The translations under genes were made by a program, and so were the position numbers. A DNA stretch of 64,000 nucleotides from Octopus vulgaris (lineage: Eukaryota), in the NCBI GenBank assembly GCA_951406725.2, contig OX597816.1, positions 177,010,001 through 177,074,000 on the forward strand. Direction: 5' to 3'. The notes beneath the pieces were generated by a model. That model did no database searches. It had not been told where the DNA came from and saw only the letters and a program-made list of their open reading frames with translations. Positions 41,608 to 55,744 of this stretch are shown piece by piece. Numbering within the stretch: the stretch's first letter is position 1; each line of letters starts with the position of its first letter.

Positions 41608-42320
41608 GTACAGGAATGGCTATGTGGTAAGAAGTTCGCTTCTCAATTACATGGTTTTGGGTTCAGTCCCACTGCATGGTACCTTGGGCAAGGCTGAGGA
41701 AAAGTCTAATGAATGAATTTGGTGAACTTGCTTCCCAACCACATGGTTCTGGGTTCAGTCCCACAGCATGGCACCTTGGGCCAGTGTCGTGTGCTATAGC
41801 CTCGTGCCAACCAAAGCCTTGTGAGCAGATTTGATGGATGGGAACTGGAAGAAGCTTGTTGTGTGTGAATGTGTGTGTCTTTGTGTATGTATTTAACCCC
41901 ACTGCCCCTTGACAACTGGTGTTGGTATGTTTACATCCTTGTAAATTAATGGTCAAGCAAAAGAGCTTGATAAAATAAGAAACAAACTTCACAAAAAATA
42001 ATAAGTCCTGGGATTGATTTGTTCGACTAAAATTCTTCGGGGGGGGGGGGGGGCTCAGCATGGTCACAGTCTAATAACTGAAACAAGTAATAGGAAAAAA
42101 AAGAATGTGTGTGTGTGTGCATGCATGTATGTGTCTTTGTGTTGCCCCACTGACCATTGGTATTGGTTTGTTTATGTACTCATAACTTAGTAGTTCAGCA
42201 AAAGGAAATAATAGAATAAGCACCAGACTTTAAACATGGTTGATTTGTTTGACTACAACACTTCAAGATAGTGTTCCAGTATGGCCACAGTCCAATGACT
42301 GAAATAAGTAAACGATAAAA
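41608..42320 (+). mobile_element. Cluster of diverged SINE A copies
   Basis: Duplicated head followed by two 3' halves. Confidence 0.75.
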
Positions 42321-43782
42321 AGTAGTCTCAGATTAGCCTTGATTGAGCAGGTCAACAACCTGCTGTGTTCCAGCCCCAACTATTTCATAATCTATTCAAA
42401 TGCATTGGACTCAGGATCACATCATTAAATGTGAATTGCTCTCACTTTATTATTTCCTTTTTTTTTTCTTGTAAGATTGTGTGGAGGCTGATGGCTTAGT
42501 GGTTAGGGTGTTGGACTCATGACCATAAGATTGTGGGTTTGATTCCTGGACCAAGTGATGCATGGGTTCTTGAGCAAAACACTTTATTTCATGTTGATCC
42601 GGTTCACTCAGCTGTAGAAATGAATTTAGCCTGGAGAGGGATGGGCTCCACCAGCCATTCTTACCCTAGATATGCTGCATGGCTGCAGCACCTCAACAAC
42701 CTCAAAGGGGCTAAGGGGATTTGTCAATTGTCAAGATCGTGTGATGTGAAGGTGATTGGTTTGTATTTCTAGCAGGTTGATTGACTACATTGAGTTACTT
42801 TCAGTGGTTAATCAACTTGCTTTGTATAACAACAAAAGTTCTCCATTAAAAAAAAAAAAATCTATTTTTGGTTAAAAAAATCAAACTTTCAAATTTAAGG
42901 TTTTAGGATGAGAGTAAAGAAAGCTGTGTCAATAAAATACCAGTCATTTAAGTGAGAGGATGGTGGTTCAAATCCTCTTGCTGCTATGTTGTGCGTATTG
43001 CCAAAGCCTTTAGCTATCAACAGCTCAGTTACTTTAAGTTGCAAGTAGGTGCTGAAAAGTAGCTTAGTTCAATACTATTGCTATCTCTTAAGGGTCAACC
43101 TTAACTGAACAGACTATTTCTAGCAGGTCAAGCAGTCAAGTAAGAGTACCTCAGTATGGCTGCTTGATTTTTTAGAAACAGTAATGTAATCCTTCTCAAA
43201 TCACACCCTGCCATCTTAAATAAAGGACACATTAGATAATGTAATCTTGCATATCCTTAAAAATGATTATGGAATGGTCATAGCTAGATTACCTTTTGTC
43301 AAAGGCCTGCTCAATCAGGTTATTAAAACCATCATTCAGAATGTTATATACCAGATGAAAGATCAAGAGATTTTACCAACAATAGCAATTAACTTTCTAA
43401 TTTACTCAAAACCTCATTGATTGCATTGCTTCCCTAAAGCATCTCTGTTAAACAGATTTAGGAGTTATGTCAGTGCTTCTCAACCCTTTTTTTTTTTTAC
43501 TTATGAACCTCTTTGATTCCTATTTTATTTTACTGGACCCTCATAGCCACTCAGTGTTTTAAAAAATCCTTTTATATTTTTCATCGTTATTGTTTAATGT
43601 CCGTTGTCCATGCTGGCATGGGTGGAATGGTTTGACCAGAGCTAATAGACTCCAGACTCCAGTCTGATTTGGCATGATTTCTGTGGCTGGATGCCCTTCC
43701 TAACCATTTACAGAGTATGCTGCGTGCTTTTATGTGGCACTAAATGGCTGTTTCACATGGTGCTGCCACACGGTTACATTTA

Positions 43783-44012
43783 CGGCGAGCTGGCAGAATC
43801 GTTAGCACGTCGGGTGAAATGCTTAGCGGTATTTCGTCTGCCGTTACGTTGTGAGTTCAAATTCCGCCGAGGTCGACTTTGCCTTTCATCCTTTCGGGGT
43901 CGATAAATTAAGTACCAGTTACGCACTGGGGTCGATATAATCGACTTAATACCTATGTCTGTCCATGTTTGTCCCCTCTATGTTCAGCCCCTTGTGGGTA
44001 ATAAAGAAATAG
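43783..44012 (+). mobile_element. SINE family B
   Basis: ggcgagctggcagaatcgttagcac...gagttcaaattcc...gcctttcatcctttcggggtcgataaattaagtacc; flanked by the duplication ggttacatttac. Confidence 0.85.
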
Positions 44013-45326
44013 GTTACATTTACATGGCACTGCCACCAGAGGGATGGACTTTAACACTTCTGCTGTGGAGTACAGGTCTTCTTGAAGACGGCAAGGTGCC
44101 AGGCATCTCGGTCCTTTGTCATCTTGTCTGAAAGGGTCAGCATCCTGAGGTTTTTCTTCAGTACTTAAATATTATTAGGAATTGCGTATAAATAATAATC
44201 AAAATATTTTGTGTATTGTGGAAGTATAACCAATTTATTGCACATAATTTTTAACAACAAAATCTTGTATGGACACTCAAGAATCATATGGACACCCCCA
44301 AATTCAACTTCAAATTAAACCTAAAGTAACATAGGTTTAATACAAAACAGATTAATAAATTTAAACTAATGAACAAATGCTTTGATGATGTCGAATATAA
44401 ATATTGTTATAAATACAGATTTGTGGCGTATTTTGTTTCATTTGTCTACATGATTAGATTTTCCTTTCATTTTCTTCAAACAAATCTTAATTACTCTGAA
44501 ACATTTAAGATCTTAGTTAAAGATATTTGATTACTTTTGCTATTATCAACCTCTCAACAAGGCAGGTTATCTAAGTACTATCTTTACTTCCACTGGCAAG
44601 TGTGTTTGTGCATGTATATGTGCATATATATATATATACGTATGTGTGTATATGTGTGTATGTATATATATACATACATATACACATATATGTATATATA
44701 TATATATTCATATATATATTACACACACACACACACACATATTCATGTATGTATGTATGAATGTATTAAACTGGCATCATTAAAACCAAGGTCATTACAA
44801 CAGTAGATGTTGAGAAAACTAGTGAGAGTTTTGTGTCAGCAAACGCTAAGTACAAAATGTTCATAAATTAGAATAAATTATTTTGCTGTGAGGAAGAAGA
44901 GAAGCCTAACGTTTAGGTAACATCAATAATACAACATAGAACAGCTTAGTTTATGAAATTTTATTTTTGCTTTTTTTTTAAAAAAAGGGGGTCTAATAGT
45001 ACTCTAATATCTCAACAAAGAACTGCAAGTGGTATGTGGATATGTAAAGGGGAGAGAGCTACTAGTGTAACAAATATCACAATAAACAACTATGAATAGT
45101 GGAAGTTCTTTTTAGATAGTCATATTACAGTAAGAAAGAAACTTACAATCTCAGTGCATTAACCTTCATTAATCAGTGTTAACAAGCCTAATGAAACAAG
45201 TCAAATAGTATCATGAAAGAATCTTCATGATATACATAATATACAACAGTAGCATAAAGTTGAACAAAAATTGAGCACAAAACATTAGAGAAATCCAGCA
45301 AAATGAGACTCAAACTTACAAATGCA

Positions 45327-45690
45327 TAGGTGCAGGAGTGGCTGTGTGGTAAGAAGCTTACTTCCCAACCACATGATTTTGGGTTCAGTCCCACTGCATG
45401 GTGCCTTGGACAAGTGTCTTTTACTATAGCTTCAGGTCAACCAAAGTCTTGTGCATGAATTTGGTAGACGGAAACTGAAAGAAGCCCATTGTATATATGT
45501 GTGTGTGAGTGCTTTTGTATCTGTTTCTCCCCTCCCACCACTTGACAACTGGTATTGGTGTATTTATGTCCCCATAACTTAGTGGTTCAACAAAAAAGAG
45601 CAATAGAATAGATACCAGGTTTTAAAAAAAAAAAGTACTGGGATCAATACATTTGACTAAAAAATTCTTCAGGGTAGTGTCTCAGCAACC
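45327..45690 (+). mobile_element. SINE family A (diverged)
   Basis: Head ggtgcaggagtggctgtgtggtaag and recognisable body. Confidence 0.8.
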
Positions 45691-45746
45691 AAATGGTTAA
45701 TAATTCCTCAACTCACATTAGACCATCATTGTCATTTCTCACTCAC

Positions 45747-45847
45747 AGTAAAAACATTCTTGCAAACTTCAAAAAAGCCCAGTTGAACTACATTCACTAA
45801 GAGACAGATTTCAGTAACGCCAACATAGATACGAAGAAGGTATGCTT
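45747..45847 (-). CDS. Possible downstream exon of the Ig gene (hydrophobic)
   Basis: tag|...|gtgagt, 101 nt, open in phase 1 matching the preceding exon: AYLLRIYVGVTEICLLVNVVQLGFFEVCKNVFT. The polypyrimidine tract is weak. Confidence 0.25.
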
Positions 45848-46270
45848 CTAATTTTATTTGTTGAAAAATAAAAATAGAAGCAACCAAAAAAAAAAAAAGA
45901 AAAGAAAAGAAAAATATATAACCGATCCAAAAAGGCCACACACACACACACTCACACACACAAAAAAGAACTCTAACGACACAACTGAAATTGTTAACCA
46001 ACATAAACTAAAGGCAGCCTCAAACACAACACACCACACACATCAAAAATAAACTCAACTTCAAGAAAATAAACAATGTTTGAATTTTTCCATATGTTCC
46101 CCCCCCCCCTTTTAGAAAGATTCAATTCTTGTTTATTTTCTTCATGTTGTTCAATCATTCTAAATACCAGACACATGTCCAATCACCTCCTGACACACAG
46201 ACACGTGTTTCACTCTTCAGTCTCCCAACACAACTACAGCTCACCCAGAACACTGGTACAACAGTATTTT

Positions 46271-46313
<43 letters not shown>

Positions 46314-46400
46314 CCATACCAAACATCAAAAGTACACAAAAATAGCAACAACATCAATAATAATCTTACAACCTTATTAGACCTATGAAAACTGTGACTA

Positions 46401-46573
46401 TAGGCGCAGGAGTGGCTGTGTGGTAAGTAGCTTGCTAACCAACCACATGGTTCCGGGTTCAGTCCCACTGCGTGACACCTTGGGCAAGTGTCTTCTGCTA
46501 TAGCCCCGGGCCGACCAATGCCTTGTGTGTGGATTTGGTAGACGGAAACTGAAAGAGGCCTGTCGTATATATG

Positions 46574-46606
<33 letters not shown>

Positions 46607-46816
46607 TTGTGTGTCTGTGTTTGTCCCCCTAGCATTGCTTGACAACCGATGCTGTAGTGTTTACGTCCCCGTCACTTAGCGGTTCGGCAAAAGAGACCGA
46701 TAGAATAAGTACTGGGCTTACAAAGAATAAGTCCCGGGGTCGATTTGTTCGACTAAAGGTGGTGCTCCAGCATGGCCGCAGTCAAATGACTGAAACAAGT
46801 AAAAGAGTAAAAGAGA
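46401..46816 (+). mobile_element. SINE family A
   Basis: Full-length copy. Confidence 0.9.
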
Positions 46817-46997
46817 ATATACAAATGCAGAAGACGAACAAATCTCATATTCTGGCTGAGTCCACTTTCTGCGTGTGTGCGTGAGTCTCATTCTCTCAGG
46901 ATTACTATACGAAATTCCGATATGACATAGATCAGTTTAATCATTTAGCTCTGTTTGCCAAGGTTTATAGTGCCAGCAGATCTTATACGTATGAGTG

Positions 46998-47160
46998 GTG
47001 TAGGAGTGGCTGTGTGGTAAGTCGCTTGCTTACCAACCATATGGTTCCAGGTTCAGTCCCACTGCGTGGCACCTTGGGCTTCTACTATAGCCTCGGGCCG
47101 ACCAAAGCCTTGTGAATGGATTTGGTAGACGGAAACTGAAAGAAGCCCGTCGTATATGTG

Positions 47161-47215
<55 letters not shown>

Positions 47216-47456
47216 GTCTGTATGTATATATGTATGTGAGTATATGTTTGTGTGTCTGTGTTTGTCCCCCCAACATCACTTGACAACCGATGCAGGTGTG
47301 TTTATGTCACCATAACTTAGCGGTTCAGCAAAAGAGAATGATAGAATAAGTACTGGGCTTACAAAGAATAAGTCCTGGGGTTGATTTGCTCAACTAAAGG
47401 CGGTGCTTCAGCATGGCCACAGTCAAAGGACTGAAACAAGTAAAGAGTAAAGAGTA
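46998..47456 (+). mobile_element. SINE family A
   Basis: Near full-length copy. Confidence 0.88.
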
Positions 47457-49200
47457 TGTAGGATCAAATTCGATCTATCATTCAACCAACTATGTAGCAT
47501 AAATTTGTTTAATCATGTCTATATGATCAGTCAGGATAGATGGCAGCTGCATACAGCAACCAGTAGTAATAAGCAGAGTTCAAGCATAAGGAGATTACAA
47601 CAGAAGACAAGCTAGCAAATGTGACATTATTACAACAGTAGACTTATTGTAGAATATATTCTTGTGATTTTATATTTAAAGTATACCAGGTTGTGAATTT
47701 AGCAGACTATTTTAAGTACAAAATACCTGTCTGTAAGCCACAACAATTTGTTAGAAGTGAACATCAACAATTTTAACCCCTTCATTACAATGTTCCTATT
47801 GAAAAAACCTGCCTTTATTTCAATTGATTTTGAAAATAATAAAGAGTTTAGTTTCTATTGTAGAACCAGAAGTAGTCTCAGGTAAGGACTAATACATGCA
47901 CGGAATCAAAATCGATGAACATCAAAGGAATTTGTATTTTTGTGGTACCAGTGCCGGTGGCACATAACAAAACCATCCGAACGTGGCCGTAGCCAGTACC
48001 GCATCGACTGGCCTCCGTGCTGTGGGCACGTAACAAACACCATCTGATCGTGACCATGCCAGCCTCGCCTGGCCTCCGTGCCGGTGGCACGTAAAAAACA
48101 CCATCCAAGCATGGCCGTTCGCCAGCTTCGTCTGGCATGGATTGGACTTTTAATTAATATTATTGAGAAAATATGCTCCCCCCAATAGCACTAGATACCA
48201 TGATCTATTCAATATTAAGTAGGTATAGAAATGATAATATTCTGCTTTGATAACATTCTAAATCTAAATTTCAATTGGAAAGTTGTGTCAATATAGAACC
48301 ACTTAGTTTTTTTATATTTAAAAATCACTTAGTCTTTTTTATATTTTAAAAAAATATTTTCACTTCTTATTAGTGTGGAGGTATATGGCTTTGTGGTCAG
48401 TGTGTTGGACTCACGCTTGTAAGATTGTGGTTTTGACTCCTGGACCAGGTGACACATTGTGTTCTTGAGAAAAATACTTCATTTCATGTTGCTCCAGTTG
48501 ATTCAGATGGCAAAAATGAGTAATCCTGCAATGGACTGGCGTCCCATCCAGGTGGGGAACCGGCCCTATGAGTCTATATGACTTGGGAAGGATTTTCACC
48601 CTTTTTTTTGTGGGGGGGGGGGTCACCATAAATACAACTGGGAAACAGATTTACAAAGCATTTTTTTTAAGTACTTGCATCCACATAAACAAATGCACAC
48701 ACCCACACACACCTATTTCTTTTTGCTACCAAACTAATAATTCAGGAAAATTTCCAATTGCTTTGGTGGAGTTTCATATGTTCTTAGTAAAAATAAAAAA
48801 AAGTTTGCAATTTAGTTTTTGATTCTCAGTTGTAACAATTTCTGTATACTTATTTCAATGTGTCTTTATGAAATATGTGAATAACACAAACTATAAACAA
48901 GAAAGGTGCAGCACTGAATATGTCTCTTCAAAGCAAAATGAAACAAGCTTAGAATATGCAAAAACAATTTTTTCTTTTTAAAACAAAATTCAAATACAAA
49001 TAGGCAGAAAAATATAAGAATGAAACAAAGAGATACACAAACACATAGACAGCAACAGTCTGATGAACAACATGACCAAAGGTAACAATAATAGTGTCAG
49101 TAACAAATGTGTACACATCATCAACATCTAATGTTTTCCAGGCTGGTGAGGTAACATAATTAACATATAAAATTGTACCTATTGTAGTAATTATATAATA

Positions 49201-49962
<762 letters not shown>

Positions 49963-50142
49963 ATGCTTGATAATACCATGCTTAATACTTGATAATATTA
50001 GTAAATGTTATTGGAATAAAATGAGAGGTAAGTATATATCTTGGTTAAAGACATGTTTGGACAAGAATGATTAGTTTTTGATGTTATATTTGTCTTGGAG
50101 AGTATCTTTTAGGCAGGCAGTATTGCTTGTTTTCTTCATATG

Positions 50143-50505
50143 TGGAAGCACTCCGTCGGTTACGATGACGAGGGTTCCGGTTGAACCAAATCAACGGAAC
50201 AGCCTGCTCGTGAAATTAACGTGTAAGTGGCTGAGCACTCTACAGACACGTGTACCCTTAACGTAGTTCTTGGGGATATTCAGCGTGACACAGAAATACA
50301 GGTACAACAGAAACAGGAAGTAAGAGTGAGAGAAAGTTGTGGTGAAAGAGTACAGCAGGGATCACCACCATCCCTTGCCGGAGCCTCGTGGAGCTTTTAG
50401 GTGTTTTCGCTCAATAAACACTCACAACGCCCGGTCTGGGAATCGAAACCACGATCCTATGACTGCGAGTCCGCTGCCCTAACCACTGGGCCATTGCACC
50501 TCCAC
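50143..50505 (-). mobile_element. SINE family C
   Basis: Near-identical to 59275-59658. Confidence 0.85.
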
Positions 50506-51171
50506 TCTCTTCATATATAGTAATCTCCATTACATTTAAGTTTAGTGACATAATTATATACAATTGTTGCGAATGTTACCCTTTTAAAATCTTAGAATGA
50601 GTGAAAAAAGAAAGTGTCATCAATACTCAAATAAACATTTGAAATATAAAGTTATTCCATCTATAAATAGTGTGCAACTGTCACTATGTTGAGTATGTGA
50701 AAAAAAAATTATTCTCAAATGAAGCAATGAAACTTTAAAAAATCATCGAACATTTACAAAAAAAAAAAAAAAAATCCATTCTAATAAAGCCAGAAAAGAT
50801 GAGGACTACTTTCATTAAATGAAAAATGATTTTAAAAACTGTCTTACTTTCAAAGGGTTGTTTATCAAACAAACTAAGCAAATTGTGAAGGGGTTGGTTA
50901 TGACTTACAAACTTTCAAAACTAATTATGAAACATGGGGAAACCGTGTCCATGACACTTTTCAGGACTTCCAAGAACAGAGGAAAAAGTTATTTTTAGAC
51001 AAGGTCTTGGTCCAAATGCTTGCTACAGAGTAGGTTCTGGAAAAAGCAATTCTGGACAGGTTGTAGGATTAAACACATTAACTGATTAAATACAGTAACC
51101 TAGTTGTTTGTGTTACTCTCTTGATATTGGTGTTAATGTTGGGTAAAGTAGAGCTAGAGCAACTGTATAAG

Positions 51172-51342
51172 GACAATTACCCCCATAGGACATTCCCCCG
51201 ATGACAACTACCCCAGGACAATTACACCCCTTTTGGTTAATTACCCCCTCTCCAATATATTAAGAAGCTTTAAATCATCACCTGTTGTCCTCAGGGGTAA
51301 TTGTCCTTGGGGCAGTTTTGTCCATGTTGGGTAAATGTCCTA
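51172..51342. mobile_element. Small foldback-like element with repeated ggacaattacccc units
   Basis: Several direct units on the left; inverted ggggtaattgtcc units on the right. Confidence 0.5.
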
Positions 51343-51683
51343 GACTCAGTGCAACAACACTTTTTTGGTGATCCAGGTTGATAAAAGGGCAGAATTCAGT
51401 ATTGCATGATAATGAAATACTAATTAATTAAACAATGATTTGGCTGATTACATTGGTTAGATGTATATACCTATTTCAGTGAGGTGAATTTAGCCACTAT
51501 AATTTAAGTTTTTGCTATTTAGATTCGGCACAGAGGAGGTGGCTAGGTACTAATCACTGGCTTTTGTGACAGTTGCTGAAAAGATTACAAAGAAGAACTG
51601 CTGGATTGTTGTATATACATATTTCATAGCAATATATCATATCATCAGTAATCATGGGGAGGTATTAAAAGTATTCAACTTAC

Positions 51684-51829
51684 GTGTAACAAATAAAAAA
51701 AAATCCTTTAAATATTTTTTTCCTTTTATGTCGATAGCACATGTGTAAGTTCCAGTGTGCTCTGATGTAACTTTCCTTATCCGAAGAGTTGATCTTTGAA
51801 AAACTTTTTTACTTTTTTTTTTTTTGAAC
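51684..51829 (-). CDS. Internal coding exon, C-terminal half of the same Ig domain
   Basis: Acceptor attatcttcag|G and donor C|gtaagt; 146 nt, phase 2 in, which joins the 54868 exon in frame. Encodes (R)FKKKKSKKVFQRSTLRIRKVTSEHTGTYTCAIDIKGKKYLKDFFLFVT, with the LxI...xGxYxC motif. Not in the ORF track. Confidence 0.85.
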
Positions 51830-52549
51830 CTGAAGATAATGAAACAATTCCAGTTAGTATTATGTTAAAATATAAAATAGATAAATTTATAAATGCAGCC
51901 TTAAAGATATTTTAGGGCATAAAAACTTAATATAAAAGAGCAGACTTTCTTATACAAAGTGAATGACCTTGCTTAAAACAAGTGACAGGAAGTCAGTATT
52001 GAGAATTCACTACAAGCACTGAAAAGGTAAGAGAAAGTTCTTGTGTTCATGATAGGCTCTACACTTTGATTAACCTTTCAGCATTTAAATCGGCCATATC
52101 TGACTCAAAACCAACCAAATATGACCTCTCACACTTAACTTTCAAGGTCATTCTCAAAATGAACAATTATATTAACAAAAACTCAAAGCTATGAGATAAT
52201 GCATGATTAATTGAAAACAATAGGAGTAAATAAGCATCATATTTTATAGAGTAATCTGAATGCTAAAGAGTCAATCATTTGTTTCAGTGTGTGAAAGTAA
52301 ATATGATATTTATAACATAAAAATACGCTTAAAACACATTTAGCCCTGCTGCAAAATATTGATACTAAAATTTTCTTCTATAAATACTCAGAAGCTATTT
52401 CAGTTATTCATCAGACAGAAATGTAAAAGTTTTTTTTCTTACATCATTGCATAATGTTTTTTGCAACTATATTGTATTCTCGTTTCTATTTATCAACAGA
52501 GATTAATAGAATAACAGAATAGGATTGATATGAGTAGCTGAAATTCTTA

Positions 52550-53150
52550 AAGTAGTTATAAAATAAATTCTTTCAAATAATTGGAGGGTTGTTTAAAAAT
52601 GGTTGACAGCTTCTGTTACTTAGGTGATTTAATTAGAGTATAGAAGAGAGTTCTAAAAGTATAGAAGCTAGATTAAAAACAGAGAAGTAAAAGTTCAAGG
52701 TACTTCTGTAAGAATGCAGAGCAAAGTATATTATGCTTGAGTTCAAAGTGCAGTATTGCATGGTCGTGAAATATAGACATTAAAGGCAAGTGAGCATGTT
52801 TTAGTGGATTTGTAATGATGAAGATATGCATGAATGATGAGTAAAAAAGAAAGACAATAAGAGCTGAAAGAGAAAAACTGGGTTCAAAAGGAATCAGATA
52901 TAAAATGCTAGAGAAAGACTGAGTTGAAACAGATATGTGATGCAGATGGAGAATGACAGTAGGATAAAATATAGCCAGTGATTTACAGCTGGGATGAATC
53001 TGTGAAAGAGGAATACTGAGGCAGACACAGAAAGACAAAATAGAAGCTAGTCTCAAGAGATGACAAAAGACTGCAAGAAATGCTGAGAAACTGTGTTGGA
53101 GATCTGTTTTTCCTTGCTAGCATGGAAAACTGGAGTTAAATGATGTTTAT
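52550..53150 (+). mobile_element. Highly decayed RTE-type LINE 3' fragment
   Basis: VQSAVLHGRE-like remnant of the 'LHGSETW' motif; ends in gctagcatggaaaactggagttaaatgatg. Confidence 0.5.
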
Positions 53151-53160
53151 GGATGTTTAA

Positions 53161-53392
53161 GGTGGCGAGCTGGCAGATACGTTAGCACGCTGGGTGAAAT
53201 GCGTAGCCGTATTTCGTCTGCCGTTACGTTCTGAGTTCAAATTCCACCGAGGTCGAATTTGCCTTTCATCCTTTCGTGGGTCGATAAATTAAGTACCAGT
53301 TATGCACTGGGGTCGATGTAATCGAATTAATCCATTTGTCTGTCCTTGTTTGTCCCCTCTGTGTTTAGCCCCTTGTGGGTAGTAAAGAAATA
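53161..53392 (+). mobile_element. SINE family B
   Basis: Near-identical to the 43783 copy and to the reverse copy at about 23204-23437. Confidence 0.85.
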
Positions 53393-54867
53393 TATGATGT
53401 TTATGGTGATAGTAACGGTAATGATGACACTGATTATATGAAGCATGTTTATAACTTTGTTACTTTAATGTTCAATGTTTAATTACAGAAATTGAGTTTA
53501 GATGCATGCTGGTTGAATGACTGAAATGAGCTACATTAGCTGTAAGTAGAAGAATATGCAAAACTATAAAAAAAAATTGGAGGGAAAATAGTTTATTGCT
53601 TTCTGTTTGTTAGTCCAACAAAAGGAAGACTTGGACTATAACTTTAAAAACTTTTCCAGGTCAAGGCAACTGAAGTAGTGGAATGAGGTTAGTGCAGCTA
53701 AAATTTGGTCTAAGCAATTGTAGAATATTGGCTTAGAAGAAAATTTGGACATGAAGGAGGTTTCAAAGAGATAGATTTATATTACTGTAGACATGTTTTA
53801 GTATTATTCTGACTTCATCAGTGAGGCATAAATATCAACATATTTGGCTGGAAAAATGAAAATAATATTTTGGCCATTGACTAATTTTCTTTTTTTTTTT
53901 TTTCATTGCATAAACTATATTAATACTAACTTTACTGCTGTTTAACTTGTGGATAGATAGCATCTCTGAATTATTATTTAAATTCTCAGAAAAGTATGTT
54001 TGATTTTAGAACTACTTTTCTGTGATACAGTTACCTGCCGCTGCATAGATAATTTTTGATACAACTAATATCAGGTTTTACCATAACTCTGCAATAAAAA
54101 TTTTATGGCATCTTCAAAATTCACTGAGGTAGATTTTGCCTTTCATCTTTTTGTGGTCTATAAAATCAGTTGGGTACTGGGGCTGATGTCATCAGCTTGC
54201 TCCCTCCTCCAAAATTTCTGGCCTTGTTCCAAAACTTGAAATCAATGACTTACAACTTTTTTTTTGCTTTTGGCAAAGCAATGAAGTGAAAATCTTCATT
54301 AATCATTTTCTACATTGAATTAGTTATTTCCAAAACGTTCATGAATTAAAAAATAATACTGATGAAGGCAAGAGTCTTCTACTAGAACCCCAAGGCCATC
54401 TAAGCCTTGTGAATAAAGTTGGTGAAGGGAAACTGAAAGAAGCCTATGTATGTGTGTGTGTGTTTACATTTGTGCTCTATTAAAGAACCATCTGGCCAGT
54501 TTGAACATACAATAGACAGAAAACTTGACCCTTGATATGGCTGGTTTAAATGGAAAAGGATTAAAAAGGAATATATATATATATATATACACACATATAT
54601 ATATACACATATATACATATATGCATATATGGGTATAGGATGTCACCAGCTGTGTAAACAACATGAAGTACAAAAACCAGTGGTCCTGTCATTGTCACTT
54701 CCACTTCTGTGAAGAAATTATGTGTCTGTTGGCACCTTTGAAGATGTGTAAAATACAAGATTCCTTCCTTGAAAAACAGATAAGGGTTAGGTGATAGGAA
54801 AGGCAACCAGATGCAAAACAAATAATATACTCATCTAACTCATGCTAGTATAGAAAAACAAACTTAC

Positions 54868-55027
54868 CTTTTTTTTCTCTTGCTTATATCTCTTGAATTT
54901 CGTATAAGTGCTCCATTCCTCAACCATCGGAATTTGGCATTTTCATTTTCAATTGGTGATGTACATACTAACTTTACTTTTGTACCTTTAACAACTTTTT
55001 TAATTCTTTTTGTATTTGATGCTTTAT
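54868..55027 (-). CDS. Internal coding exon, N-terminal half of a basic Ig (I-set-like) domain; possibly neuregulin/Vein-like
   Basis: Acceptor ctaacttttacag|AT and donor AAG|gtaagt; 160 nt, phase 1 in, phase 2 out. Encodes KASNTKRIKKVVKGTKVKLVCTSPIENENAKFRWLRNGALIRNSRDISKRKK, with the Ig B-strand Cys and C-strand Trp. Confidence 0.85.
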
Positions 55028-55744
55028 CTGTAAAAGTTAGAAAAATAAAATACAATTCTAATTATTTATCAAAAATCAAGATTTAAAAAAAAAATTAAAA
55101 TAATCTGTTTTATTATGTAATTATAATTACATTATTAATTATTTTGCTTACTTATTGGAAAGGACTAAAATTAGTTCATTAATAAATTCTCTATTTTTTA
55201 ATCCCTTTAGCTTTTAAACCAGCCACACCTGGCCAAAATATTCTACCTGTTTTATGTTTGAACTGGCCAGATTTGGCACATACTCAACATTTGTCATTGT
55301 AAAAATAAATAACTACATCATCAAAATCTCAAAGCTACAAGATAATGAGTGATTAATTCAAAACAATGTGAATAAATCTGTTTTGGCTTGGCTTCTAGAG
55401 TTGGATGCCCTTCCTAACACCAACCACTCCACAGAGTATACTGGGTGCCTTTTGTATGGCAACATCACCAGTGCTTTTTACATGGCTCCTTGGTTTTAGG
55501 ATTTCAATTCTGTTGTGGTGGGCAGGTCTTCCTGAGTACAGCAATGCACCACGTATCTCAGTCCTCTGTCATCTCCTTCATAAGGTTTAGTGGTTTTAGG
55601 TGTGATTAATTCAAAGCAATGTGATAAAATAAGCATTACATTTGAGAGAGTAATTTAAATGTTATGAAGTGGAATAGGATCAAAACCATATTCTACTCAA
55701 ATATGTTGAACAAAGGTGAAGAAACTATAACTTCAGTGCTTTGT

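Noticed and set aside
47940-48140. Repeated gtgccggtggcacgtaa units resembling a CRISPR array
   Set aside because: Imperfect internal tandem repeats of a eukaryotic repeat; no unique spacers and no cas genes.
54359-54390. CTGATGA followed by a hairpin
   Set aside because: No GAAA/GUH or stem I; runs into a SINE fragment.
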